Assembly (NCBI GenBank): GCA_003144275.1
Contig: NJBF01000017.1
Location: 46,357-78,356 of the forward strand
Source of the DNA: Candidatus Heimdallarchaeota archaeon B3_Heim
Lineage (GTDB): Archaea; Asgardarchaeota; Heimdallarchaeia; Hodarchaeales; Hodarchaeaceae
Reading direction: 5' to 3'
Length of the DNA: 32,000 nucleotides
Each line of letters starts with the position of its first letter. Positions within the stretch are counted from its first letter, which is position 1. Both the position numbers and the translations under genes were made by a program. The notes under the pieces are model-generated. The model searched no databases, was not told where the DNA came from, and saw only the letters and a program-made list of their open reading frames with translations. Below, one piece after another: positions 1 to 8,944 of this stretch.

Positions 1-159
1 CGGAAAATCCCAACATTTGGTTTGGCTCAATTTACCGCTCCGAGCTATATGCATACAGCATTTGATACTCCAGATAAAGTAGACATTTCTGGCTTGAAAA
101 ATTCCACTGCTATCGCAGGAGCGATTTTAGTTGATCTTATTACACAAGAGATAATCTAG
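1..159 (+). CDS. C-terminal fragment of an M28-family (aminopeptidase-like) metallopeptidase, truncated by the window edge
   Basis: Frame +1 reads RKIPTFGLAQFTAPSYMHTAFDTPDKVDISGLKNSTAIAGAILVDLITQEII*. The YMHTxxDTxDKVD motif matches the M28 C-terminal His ligand region. Confidence 0.6.
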   Translation, partial: RKIPTFGLAQFTAPSYMHTAFDTPDKVDISGLKNSTAIAGAILVDLITQEII

Positions 160-225
160 AAACACTAATCTTGTCTAGTACTAGCTGAATAGGTCTAATC
201 CATAATTTGCACAAAATTACTTCGC

Positions 226-1047
226 TTATAGCTCTCTAATTAGCTCTAATAATTCATTTACTTCTTTCATGATTTGATTCATTTTCTCACTATTATTGGA
301 TATATCCTGTCCCGATTCGATCAGATAAGCAAATCCTGAAACCATTTGTAATAATTGCCCTAAATCATGTGAATATTTGTCTTTCAGCTGGAATTTTTGA
401 ATGGCAACAATATTATATTCTAAATTTACAAATACGAATGGTAAAACAAAGGAAAGACTTATCCTTGTCAATAATTCTAATAGAATCGCAATATCATTTT
501 CTAAAAACGTAAGAAGAGTGTTTGATAGAGCTATGACCAGTGTTATGGCCATGAAAATCGGAGCATTATTTGCTATCCGTTTAAACACTTCCCACTTTTT
601 GATGACCAGGGGTACCATAGAAAGGATTAGAGTAAAAATTATTGCTTGAATTAAATAGAACATTAATTCGAAGGAGAGAAAAAAACTGAACGTAGATGGA
701 ATAGCTACTATAATGAAGAGCAATCCGATTACTAGCCTCTCGTTAATTTTCATCACATAATTAAAGGCTACAACTGCAAAGAGGCAGACTGCAATCAACG
801 TGAGGGTTTCAGCAAATAAGAAGATATTTGGGGAAAGGTCACTCAAAGAAATCTCTTTTAATTCATCTATTGAAGGTAAGAATACTTGAAGGAGGGGTGT
901 TAGGGAAAACAGCACAAAAGCAATGGTTATTAGAATAAAACGCCTATTTCTATGGTTTAAAAAAAAATCTAGAAAAATAATTCCTCCTATGAATCTAATA
1001 AGTGCCAGAACTAATAGCATGAAGATATTTGTTTCAGGGGAAATCAT
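226..1047 (-). CDS. 7-TM membrane protein with a C-terminal HisKA/DHp-like helix pair and no HATPase domain
   Basis: Seven hydrophobic segments, then the H-box-like KDKYSHDLGQLLQMVSG. The ORF ends about 45 aa later, only 66 nt from the convergent gene. Confidence 0.7.
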   Translation of the reverse strand: MISPETNIFMLLVLALIRFIGGIIFLDFFLNHRNRRFILITIAFVLFSLTPLLQVFLPSIDELKEISLSDLSPNIFLFAETLTLIAVCLFAVVAFNYVMKINERLVIGLLFIIVAIPSTFSFFLSFELMFYLIQAIIFTLILSMVPLVIKKWEVFKRIANNAPIFMAITLVIALSNTLLTFLENDIAILLELLTRISLSFVLPFVFVNLEYNIVAIQKFQLKDKYSHDLGQLLQMVSGFAYLIESGQDISNNSEKMNQIMKEVNELLELIREL

Positions 1048-1134
1048 GAAAAATAGACCTAATCAACCAATTTCAGATCAATGTATATGAGTCTAAGTAT
1101 CTAAAAATATTAATGTTTCTCAAAGGTGTTAGAG

Positions 1135-1314
1135 TCAGATACGTGAAGCTCTCCATTCTGAGTTCAACAGATTCATGATTACCGAATCAACATATTTACC
1201 TTCGTTAAAATAAGCTTCACGAAGGTTTCCACTCACTTTGAGGATTAAATTTGGGTATATGAATTCGTATAAGGGAGTAACCCAGTTAAATGTAGATTGG
1301 ATAGGCAAACTCAT
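1135..1314 (-). pseudogene. 59-codon ORF whose last 34 aa are a second, divergent GNAT C-terminus (displaced gene tail)
   Basis: Translates MSLPIQSTFNWVTPLYEFIYPNLIL-KVSGNLREAYFNEGKYVDSVIMNLLNSEWRASRI*. It is 22/30 aa identical to the C-terminus of the GNAT at 3664-4209. Confidence 0.75.
1211..1241. repeat. 31-nt direct repeat, copy A (pairs with 3743-3773)
   Basis: TAAGCTTCACGAAGGTTTCCACTCACTTTGA vs TAAGCTTCACGAAGGTTCCCACTCACTTTGA, 30/31 identical, offset 2532 nt. Confidence 0.9.
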
Positions 1315-1335
1315 TACGTTGCTCTGAAACTTTCG

Positions 1336-3525
1336 CTAAACTCCAGAAAATCGTTTTCTTACTAGAAAAATACTTGCGATTAATAGAAGAAGGACGATTC
1401 CAAATCCAACATTGACATCTACCAAAGTTACAGTACCAATCCTGAGATTCTCTGATTTAGATTCTATAAAAAACCCATATTCACAAATAGCAAGGACTTT
1501 CAGAGAATAAATTCCTTTAGGAAAGAACTCCACATCCCATTCAAAAGAATTACCAAGTAATCCACTTTGTAACACCACCCAATTGTCGGTTATTGATGCT
1601 TCTTGATATAAAATAGCAAATCTGACAATATGATACAGTATATCGCTAGGGTGTGTCCAAGAGATATCTACACTATTAGAAGGCTTATTATAGTCAAGAA
1701 TCACCGTAAGACTATCATTTATATGATTAGGAGCAGGTTGTGGATTAAAATCGTCATTTTGTGCATTACCAGCTATTCTATAAATTGTGGAATTAGAAAA
1801 CCAATAATTTGAATCGAAATAATTAGCTTCGCCTTTATCGGAAGCTTGAGAATCTCCATTGTCATTGTTAAAAATAAAATCATTATCATAAACCTCAATA
1901 TTGGAGGTATCTTGCTCAAGATCTAGAGCATATGAACCTTGGTATGAGAAACAATTTCTATCAATTATTAGATCTTTTGATTTCTGAATCGAAAGGCCTC
2001 TTTCACTATTGGCATAAAACGTATTATATGCAAATCCTGAACCGTTTGAATTATCAACAAAAACTCCTTCTTTTAAATTCTGTCTTATCACATTCCTAAC
2101 GATCCAATTAGTCCCACTATCTCTAAGGATTATCCCAGTTTCTGAATCTAATACTGTGTTGTTGATAATAACATTTTCACTAGAATTGTCAATTTCTATC
2201 CCTGCAAAACCATTAAAATGAATAGTGTTGGTATCAATGTCATTATAATCTGAATCAGTAATAGATATGCCATCATTTTGGTGATCAATTATATGATTCT
2301 TAATTATCCCAAGATCGAACGAATTATGAACTTTTATCCCATTGAATGAGGATTGAATTGTACTATACATTACCTGAATGTTTGTACAATCCCTTAGATA
2401 AATCCCCGTAACAGCTGAATCTGTAATGAATGAACTATTAATCTGAATATTCCTCGAATTATCAATAAAGATTCCATTGTTCCCTCCTATAAGAGTACAA
2501 TTTGAAATTAATATAAATAATGATGTATCTGAGATCTGGATTGCTGTACCATATCCTATTGGGAAATTATTTGATATAAATAGATCCTCAATTACAAAAG
2601 GATCATCGGATGTGCCATTACCTTCCCAATCCATTACATCTGCAGTTTGTCTTAAACCTGCATTACTCCTAATTACAATTGGTGTTTGAACGATATCAAA
2701 TTCTGTGTACCTGTAAACTTTTGTGGTGTATGCATTAGATACAAAATCCAACATATCGAAGGATTGTGAAAAAACCTCGATTTTCGAGATTGTAAATGTG
2801 GAATTTCTGTGATAGGAATAAAAAAGGTTTAAATTAAAATCGAAGGATATTTGATGAGACCCCAGCTGTAATATTTCATAGCGTGTTTCGTGGTAGCTTT
2901 GGATAGTCCATTGCGATATAAGGGTAACTTCGAAGTAGTATTCACTAATTATCTTCACTTCAATATCAAAAGTAATCCTAATCATATCAAATTTTCCATC
3001 TTGATTTGTATCTACTCCTTGATCTGAAAAATTTCCTTTTATCCATACATCAGGTGTATCAAAATCGGAATAAAAGTAAAAATTTGTTATGGTATAATGT
3101 TCATTAGAAAATACAAGACCTTCTTGTGAATCGACTATATCAATACTTACAATGAGCGGTATATCAAGACGATGACTGTAAAAATAAGGGGTATGAATTT
3201 GAAGTTGGACATAGGATAAATTTACATCAAGATCGTATGCAGCTATACCGTTATATGCATATATCCCAGTGGAAAGAGAAACATAGAATGTATACTCATC
3301 AGAAACTAATACATTTACTAATAGAGTTACATTTATTGTATCGAACTTAGAATCCCCATTACTATCAAAACCAGTATCCCAGAATCCTTCTATAGTTAGA
3401 GAATCTGAAGAAGAGGATGCTATGGTAGCCTGACTCGTATTTAAATTCGATACTAAGATAATAAAGCATATCAGAAGAACGATTCTGTTGTTTTTCACCC
3501 TCATATAGCTCTTTTCTTTAACCAC
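1336..3525 (-). CDS. Secreted, C-terminally anchored surface protein with two tandem DxNxDGKFD repeat modules, a NosD/right-handed parallel beta-helix and an FN3-like domain
   Basis: Signal-like N-terminus. Repeats DTGFDSNGDSKFDTINVT and DQGVDTNQDGKFDMIRIT lie about 113 aa apart. GNGTSDDPFVIE precedes many GIxIxxSxxNxIxxNxI beta-helix rungs. Ends in a TM segment plus RKR tail. Confidence 0.75.
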   Translation of the reverse strand: MVKEKSYMRVKNNRIVLLICFIILVSNLNTSQATIASSSSDSLTIEGFWDTGFDSNGDSKFDTINVTLLVNVLVSDEYTFYVSLSTGIYAYNGIAAYDLDVNLSYVQLQIHTPYFYSHRLDIPLIVSIDIVDSQEGLVFSNEHYTITNFYFYSDFDTPDVWIKGNFSDQGVDTNQDGKFDMIRITFDIEVKIISEYYFEVTLISQWTIQSYHETRYEILQLGSHQISFDFNLNLFYSYHRNSTFTISKIEVFSQSFDMLDFVSNAYTTKVYRYTEFDIVQTPIVIRSNAGLRQTADVMDWEGNGTSDDPFVIEDLFISNNFPIGYGTAIQISDTSLFILISNCTLIGGNNGIFIDNSRNIQINSSFITDSAVTGIYLRDCTNIQVMYSTIQSSFNGIKVHNSFDLGIIKNHIIDHQNDGISITDSDYNDIDTNTIHFNGFAGIEIDNSSENVIINNTVLDSETGIILRDSGTNWIVRNVIRQNLKEGVFVDNSNGSGFAYNTFYANSERGLSIQKSKDLIIDRNCFSYQGSYALDLEQDTSNIEVYDNDFIFNNDNGDSQASDKGEANYFDSNYWFSNSTIYRIAGNAQNDDFNPQPAPNHINDSLTVILDYNKPSNSVDISWTHPSDILYHIVRFAILYQEASITDNWVVLQSGLLGNSFEWDVEFFPKGIYSLKVLAICEYGFFIESKSENLRIGTVTLVDVNVGFGIVLLLLIASIFLVRKRFSGV

Positions 3526-3663
3526 TAAGTTGATAACTTGAATATTGATAATAGTATAACTCTTTTCCGATCATTCTACTAGATTAAAACGGACAAACAC
3601 TTGAAAATCACTAAATAGATCTTTTAATACTAATTGAAAGACTCCTATTTCGTATGAGATTCT

Positions 3664-4209
3664 TTATTGGTTTTTAAAAAATCTCCATTCAGACTTTAGT
3701 AAGTCCATTACAATAGAGTCTACATAGGAACCATCTTTGAGGTAAGCTTCACGAAGGTTCCCACTCACTTTGAACCCCACTTTTTCATAACAGCGTTGGG
3801 CTTGAGGATGATCTGCGAACAATTCTAATTCTATGGAATGAAGATTTAAAACATCAAAAGCATACTCAATAATCAGGCGCATTGATTCTGTTCCAAATCC
3901 TCTATTCCAGTATTCCGTGTTAAAAATTACGATACCCAAACTTCCTCGCTTGGATATTTGATCTTTTATTTCTAATTCTAAATGTCCAATGTAGAGATTA
4001 TTCTCTTTATGAATGATACCAAAAATGTGACCTTTTCCCTCGCTTCTAATTTTCCACCCATATTTAATCCATTCAACTTCCTCTTCCCTAGATTGAGGAG
4101 TTTTATTTAAAATGTTTCTTCGATGCTCTGGGTTATTCCAGTGCTTCATTAGCTCATCTACATCAGTTAATTCAAGGCCACGCAAAATGATATTTGGTCC
4201 TTCTAGCAT
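3664..4209 (-). CDS. GNAT N-acetyltransferase, RimJ/RimL family
   Basis: EYWNRGFGTE AcCoA-binding motif, LNLHSIEL, AQRCYEKVGFKVSGNLRE, YVDSIVMDLL. Confidence 0.85.
   Translation of the reverse strand: MLEGPNIILRGLELTDVDELMKHWNNPEHRRNILNKTPQSREEEVEWIKYGWKIRSEGKGHIFGIIHKENNLYIGHLELEIKDQISKRGSLGIVIFNTEYWNRGFGTESMRLIIEYAFDVLNLHSIELELFADHPQAQRCYEKVGFKVSGNLREAYLKDGSYVDSIVMDLLKSEWRFFKNQ
3743..3773. repeat. 31-nt direct repeat, copy B (inside the GNAT gene)
   Basis: 30/31 identical to 1211-1241. Confidence 0.9.
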
Positions 4210-4226
4210 TTTGAGTCACTATTTTA

Positions 4227-5126
4227 CTAAGGTGTTAATTGATCAAGAGTTTGTTGCAACTCTTGTGGAGAATAGTTACATAAATTGCGGAGATATCTTT
4301 GAAATGACCTATCCTTGCGTAAATCTTCAGAAATTTGATTAATTGGCCTTTTATATTTCCTCTCAATGATTTTGAAGAATTGCTGCTCTTGTTCAAGCAT
4401 TTGCTCATTGATAGCTGTCATGACTCGTGTAGCAATCTTTTTCGCTGTGGGGAAAAACTCAGGATCGTCTTCTTTCCATCCCCCTTCCATTTCATATTCT
4501 TCAAAGGATAAAGGATCCCCGAATGACACAGAGATATATGCCTTGTATCGTGGTAAGAAACCCCCACGAGATAATGCTGCTCCTGCTCCATGAATGAACA
4601 TGGGAACTACAGGCAGTTTTCCGTTCATCAACAATATAACGCGGCCTATACCACTACGTGGCTCTTTTGGTAAATTAAAATAATCATCCACTGGTGATTT
4701 ACCAACACGCTTTCCCTGTGGAGACATGAAAATAGCTTTACCTTCTTTTAAGGTTTTCACTGCGAACCTTAATGCAGGACTCGGGTTATCATGAAAAACA
4801 GGGAATCCACCCGCCCAAGAAAGTTGACGGTATAACCAATTCTCTTTCATCACATATCCATTTCCCATAAATGAAACAAATCTGCGAGTTCCATAAGGTT
4901 CAGCAATTGCTCCTCCTACTATTAAGGCATCCAAATTTGATTGATGATTACTGCAAAAGGCGGCGGGAGTGCCTTCTGGAAAACTATTCCCGATTTCTTT
5001 GTCATGAATGACAAATCGGAAATAATGGTGGATAAACCAGGGAATGGCCTTGAATATGATGAGATATCGCGCTCTTTGAAAAAAAGACCAGTGTTTTCTT
5101 GCTATTTTGGGAGTGGTGGCTGTCAT
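4227..5126 (-). CDS. Lysophospholipid/glycerophospholipid acyltransferase (PlsC-like)
   Basis: Catalytic NHQSNLD (HxxxxD), GGFPVF, SPQGKR (FPEGTR-like) and PVVPMFIHG. Only 17 nt separate it from the GNAT, so the two are likely co-transcribed. Confidence 0.8.
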   Translation of the reverse strand: MTATTPKIARKHWSFFQRARYLIIFKAIPWFIHHYFRFVIHDKEIGNSFPEGTPAAFCSNHQSNLDALIVGGAIAEPYGTRRFVSFMGNGYVMKENWLYRQLSWAGGFPVFHDNPSPALRFAVKTLKEGKAIFMSPQGKRVGKSPVDDYFNLPKEPRSGIGRVILLMNGKLPVVPMFIHGAGAALSRGGFLPRYKAYISVSFGDPLSFEEYEMEGGWKEDDPEFFPTAKKIATRVMTAINEQMLEQEQQFFKIIERKYKRPINQISEDLRKDRSFQRYLRNLCNYSPQELQQTLDQLTP

Positions 5127-5150
5127 GGAAATCCCTTTTTGAAGTGAGAG

Positions 5151-5170
5151 GACTACTTTTTGACTACTTT
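5151..5170. promoter_or_regulatory. GACTACTTT direct repeat (11-nt period) abutting a TATAAA box upstream of the PlsC-like gene
   Basis: GACTACTTT at 5151-5159 and 5162-5170. The minus strand reads GATATAAAGTAGTCAAAAAGTAGTCC, 25-45 nt before the ATG at 5126. Confidence 0.35.
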
Positions 5171-5275
5171 ATATCAGTAAGGCAGTGAAATTCCCTCATT
5201 GTCTGGAAATCTAGGATTCCATGTTTTTTTGTTTGTCCAAATAGATATTGATCCTCGAAGTCCTCTCTTACATCC

Positions 5276-5779
5276 TCATCTATGTAGCCCGCCATCTAAC
5301 GAATTTACTTGTTCAATGATCATTTGTGAAATTATTCGTAAATACTCCTGATCCACCTCATCAAACACTCCCACTTGATTAGAATCAATATCAATCTGAC
5401 CTATGATTTTATCACCATCTTCGATAAGAACCACGATTTCTGATCGTGTTCCCACTGAACAAGCTAAATAATTCGCCTCCTCTCTTACGTCTTGTACAAT
5501 CTTATCAGTTCTTTCTGCCACTGCAGAGCCACAAACACCCTTACCTACTGGAATTTTGACATGATCCGTCTCAAGCCCTATATAATAATCAAGATTCAAT
5601 TCTTGTTCAATATAATCTAATAAATATATGCCTGTCCAATCATAATACGGTATAGTAGCGAGTTCGGTAATTATCACTTTGTATATTTCAGAGGGGCCAG
5701 TATTTTCATTTGATTCAAATGTTTGACTTAAATTTTTGATTATCTTCGTGTATATCGCTTTTTTTTCTATTGGGTCCAA
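5276..5779 (-). CDS. msrC: Stand-alone GAF protein, free methionine-(R)-sulfoxide reductase (fRMsr/MsrC-like)
   Basis: YDWTGIY, GKGVCGSA, YLACS, RSEIVV, GQIDIDS and FDEVDQ. TTG start. The Cys preceding GxGVCG in the E. coli enzyme is absent (DHVKI). Confidence 0.75.
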   Translation of the reverse strand: MDPIEKKAIYTKIIKNLSQTFESNENTGPSEIYKVIITELATIPYYDWTGIYLLDYIEQELNLDYYIGLETDHVKIPVGKGVCGSAVAERTDKIVQDVREEANYLACSVGTRSEIVVLIEDGDKIIGQIDIDSNQVGVFDEVDQEYLRIISQMIIEQVNSLDGGLHR

Positions 5780-5976
5780 GTTTCCAGCACTTCCGCTTGG
5801 GTGGGGGAGAATTCACAACACAAATCATTGTGGTTGATGATCATTAATGAGACAAACTATATGTTGATATTAATTATTTTCCTATCTTTCATTCATAATC
5901 CTTTGATGGATTCTCTAATTAACTCAAACAATCAATAACTACTCTAAATACCATATCATCATCTTTCGGGATAGCT

Positions 5977-7155
5977 ATGACTAACAACACCTCCTTCAAG
6001 CAAATTTTTAAAGTCAATTCTACACCAGTATATTGGCTTGAGACTGTAGAAGAAGTTGCTCTCCTAGGGGATATCTTGAAGAAGGATTCTATAAAAGTAC
6101 TAGCCATTGATCAAGAACGAGCCCCTTACAATAAATATTACCATCAAATTCCATGTTTACTACAAATTGCTACACAAGACTTGATCGCATTTATCGATCT
6201 CTTAAATGACCGTAATATATCTGAGCCTATTAGAAATATCTTGGAGGATCCATCAATTAATAAGATCTTCTTTGATGCCCCCTGGGATTTATATTATTTC
6301 CGTGAATATATGAATATGGAAATAACAGGAATAAAAGATATCCAAGTTGCTTCGTCATTACTATATCCTACCATTGGTACCGCCAGTTTAATTTCACTAG
6401 TAAAAGATGAATATGATATTGATATCAAGAAATCGAAAAAGCAACAGAAAAGTGATTGGACCAAACGTCCTTTAAAAAATCAACAAATAGAATACGCAAG
6501 TAATGAAATTGCGTGGTTCATACCAGTATACGAAGCTCTAATTAATAAACTACGCCAGAAGGATTTATTTCCCTTTTTTCAGTATGGGAATGGAAGAATT
6601 CCCCTGGAAGTTCCACATCCGGAATACCTACCTATGAATATTCGCCGAATCAAAGGATATGATACGTTATCCAACAAAGAAAAACATAAATTGATCCAAT
6701 TAGGGATTATTCGTGATCATTTGGCACAAGAGTGGAATCGCCCTGTGTTTCACGTGCTTACAAATCAACAGTTGTTGAATCTGTCCAGAAAGGGCACTAG
6801 ATTGCAAATGGTTCTTACACCCAGACAAAGATTCTCAAAAAAAGCAGTAAATCAGATTACTCGAGTAATAGAAGCCACTTATCCCGATACACCACTTGAG
6901 ACAACTGATGCTAATTCAAAAAATACTCCCCAACTAAAACAACTATTGCTTAACTGGCGATATAACGCAAGTAAAAAGCATAAAATACCTAAGAGATTTA
7001 TTATCAGTGCGAATGAGATTGAAGAGTTTAATGAACAAGTCTTCACCTCAGAAGACGATCTATTAAAGACACTATGGTTTATAGAATGTCAAAAACCCAA
7101 GTGTAAGCTCTTTACCTCTGATCTACAGGAGTATTTAAGATCCAATAGTTCCTGA
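5977..7155 (+). CDS. rnd: RNase D-like DEDDy 3'-5' exonuclease with HRDC domains
   Basis: ExoI LAIDQE..YY..CLLQIAT, ExoII KIFFDAPWD, DIQVA, QKSDWTKRPL, ExoIII EYASNE. HRDC-like RDHLAQEWNRPVFHVLTNQQL and WRYNASKKHKIPKRFII. Confidence 0.8.
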   Translation: MTNNTSFKQIFKVNSTPVYWLETVEEVALLGDILKKDSIKVLAIDQERAPYNKYYHQIPCLLQIATQDLIAFIDLLNDRNISEPIRNILEDPSINKIFFDAPWDLYYFREYMNMEITGIKDIQVASSLLYPTIGTASLISLVKDEYDIDIKKSKKQQKSDWTKRPLKNQQIEYASNEIAWFIPVYEALINKLRQKDLFPFFQYGNGRIPLEVPHPEYLPMNIRRIKGYDTLSNKEKHKLIQLGIIRDHLAQEWNRPVFHVLTNQQLLNLSRKGTRLQMVLTPRQRFSKKAVNQITRVIEATYPDTPLETTDANSKNTPQLKQLLLNWRYNASKKHKIPKRFIISANEIEEFNEQVFTSEDDLLKTLWFIECQKPKCKLFTSDLQEYLRSNSS

Positions 7156-7315
7156 TATATTCTTAACAAAATCTCAGAAAAGAAATCTCCTTTTTATGAT
7201 TTTTCTGGGTACTTACTTATCCAGTAAAGAGATTTCTCATCTCTATAGATGCCGCATTCTTATATTCTTTATATGTAGAGAATTCATTGTTAATCAGTTC
7301 TAGGTTGGTATGTAA

Positions 7316-7804
7316 ATGGAAGTTAATATGTCAGATACAGGTACTAATTTAGTAAAACTTTTAGTTCGGGGAATGGTTGGTTTATTAGTGCTCTGGGTCA
7401 TGCTCCTCCTCGGTGTTACAGGATTTTCTTTGGCATTAGCAGGAGGTTTAGTAACAGCTCTAAGCTGGATTCCGATTGTTTATCCCGAATTAGCGCAATT
7501 AAGCGTTTATATTGATGGAGTCTATGTTTTGGTAGACCCAGCAGTTATAGTAGTACTACTGATTTTCATAGGCGTTGCCCTTCTTACTCTTGGTTTTGCA
7601 TTTATTGCATTAACTGTGACGATTGGTAAAAAAGCAGTGGTGTGGGATAAAAAGATTATTGTTTATATGAGCCAAACTTTCGTACCCTCTTCAAATAATC
7701 GATTGGTACAATTGGAACGTCTTGCTACCTTATATGATAAGGGATTTATCTCAGAAGAGGAATTTCAACAAGAAAAAGCAAATTTAATTTCCCAATCAAA
7801 GTGA
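7316..7804 (+). CDS. Membrane protein with a C-terminal SHOCT domain
   Basis: Two to three hydrophobic helices, then LERLATLYDKGFISEEEFQQEKANLI (SHOCT signature). Confidence 0.75.
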   Translation: MEVNMSDTGTNLVKLLVRGMVGLLVLWVMLLLGVTGFSLALAGGLVTALSWIPIVYPELAQLSVYIDGVYVLVDPAVIVVLLIFIGVALLTLGFAFIALTVTIGKKAVVWDKKIIVYMSQTFVPSSNNRLVQLERLATLYDKGFISEEEFQQEKANLISQSK

Positions 7805-7809
7805 TTATA

Positions 7810-8388
7810 CTAATAAATAGCATTTAAGACTTTTGAACGTGTACCTGCAACAGAAATCTTGATTAACGATCGGACGTCTATGTCTGTTTCGTTTTTTACT
7901 TTTTTAATTCCATTATATTCAATTTTCTCTGCTAACACAAGGACATCGATAATTTCAGCCTCAATCTTCTTCAATGTCTTAATAATTCCTACCATTGTCC
8001 CTCCAGTGCTTATGATATCATCGATGATGATTACACGATCATTTTTTTCAATTCCACTTAAGTAGAGGGTTCCCTCCTTCACATATTCGCATGAAAATAT
8101 TTCAGAAACTTGAGTTGCGAGTTGGTTTGGAACCCAACGTACCATTCCAAAGGGGATACCCGTCTGTAAAGCAATTGCAGCTAAAAGGATTCCTCCCTTA
8201 TCTTCTTCTGTTAATAATTTATCACATTCATTGGTGATTTCACCGCTTATCCATTCAGCCGCTAACTGTAATAATTGAGGGGAAGTAGCGGGAACCTGTT
8301 CAGTTAGGGAGTTTAGTATGAATTTATGTCCATCGACCTCGAATAACGGCTGATCATCAAAATTATCACACACTGGGGCAAATCTCAT
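7810..8388 (-). CDS. hpt: Type I purine phosphoribosyltransferase (archaeal Hpt/APRT-like)
   Basis: PRPP-binding loop IIIDDIISTGGT. LYLSGIEKNDRV and the C-terminal DVRSLIKISV resemble the archaeal Hpt family. Confidence 0.7.
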   Translation of the reverse strand: MRFAPVCDNFDDQPLFEVDGHKFILNSLTEQVPATSPQLLQLAAEWISGEITNECDKLLTEEDKGGILLAAIALQTGIPFGMVRWVPNQLATQVSEIFSCEYVKEGTLYLSGIEKNDRVIIIDDIISTGGTMVGIIKTLKKIEAEIIDVLVLAEKIEYNGIKKVKNETDIDVRSLIKISVAGTRSKVLNAIY

Positions 8389-8465
8389 ATCTTTTCAGCT
8401 CTATTGTGTATTTATACTATAAGAAGCTACTGTCATGGTTAATTCTAAACTAAATTGGTGTAAAA

Positions 8466-8819
8466 ATGTCAAAAATAAAAGAATTTAATGAATTTAGAAT
8501 GAAAATGAATGAAGTCATTTTAAGTAAAAAGAATCAGGGTATCAATCGGTTTTTTGCTCTAGATACCCGTGTTTATGAGGAAGGAGCTCTTGAACCGAAA
8601 ATCAAGGAACTTCTCGGACTTGTGGGATCGATGGTTTTACGGTGTAATGATTGTATCACCTATCACATCTTAGAATGTTACAAACACGGAGTTACTGAAC
8701 AAGAATTTCTCGAAGCTTTTAATGTTGCTCTAATAGTTGGTGGATCAATAGTTATTCCTCATTTACGGGTGGCAATGGAAATATTAGAAGAATGCCTACA
8801 AATGGGTTACTCTGATTAA
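8466..8819 (+). CDS. Carboxymuconolactone decarboxylase/AhpD-like protein
   Basis: GALEPKIKELLGLVGSMVLRCNDCITYH (CxxCxxxH). GGTG Shine-Dalgarno upstream. Confidence 0.8.
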   Translation: MSKIKEFNEFRMKMNEVILSKKNQGINRFFALDTRVYEEGALEPKIKELLGLVGSMVLRCNDCITYHILECYKHGVTEQEFLEAFNVALIVGGSIVIPHLRVAMEILEECLQMGYSD

Positions 8820-8944
8820 TGATTTTACAAAATTCATTTGAATTCAACAAGTTATCCAAAGCTGCTAAGTATCTTATTAATTGTAAGCTTAGTGTCACTA
8901 TATTACAGGAAAAGGAAAATTAGATAGGAAATACGTACTTACCA

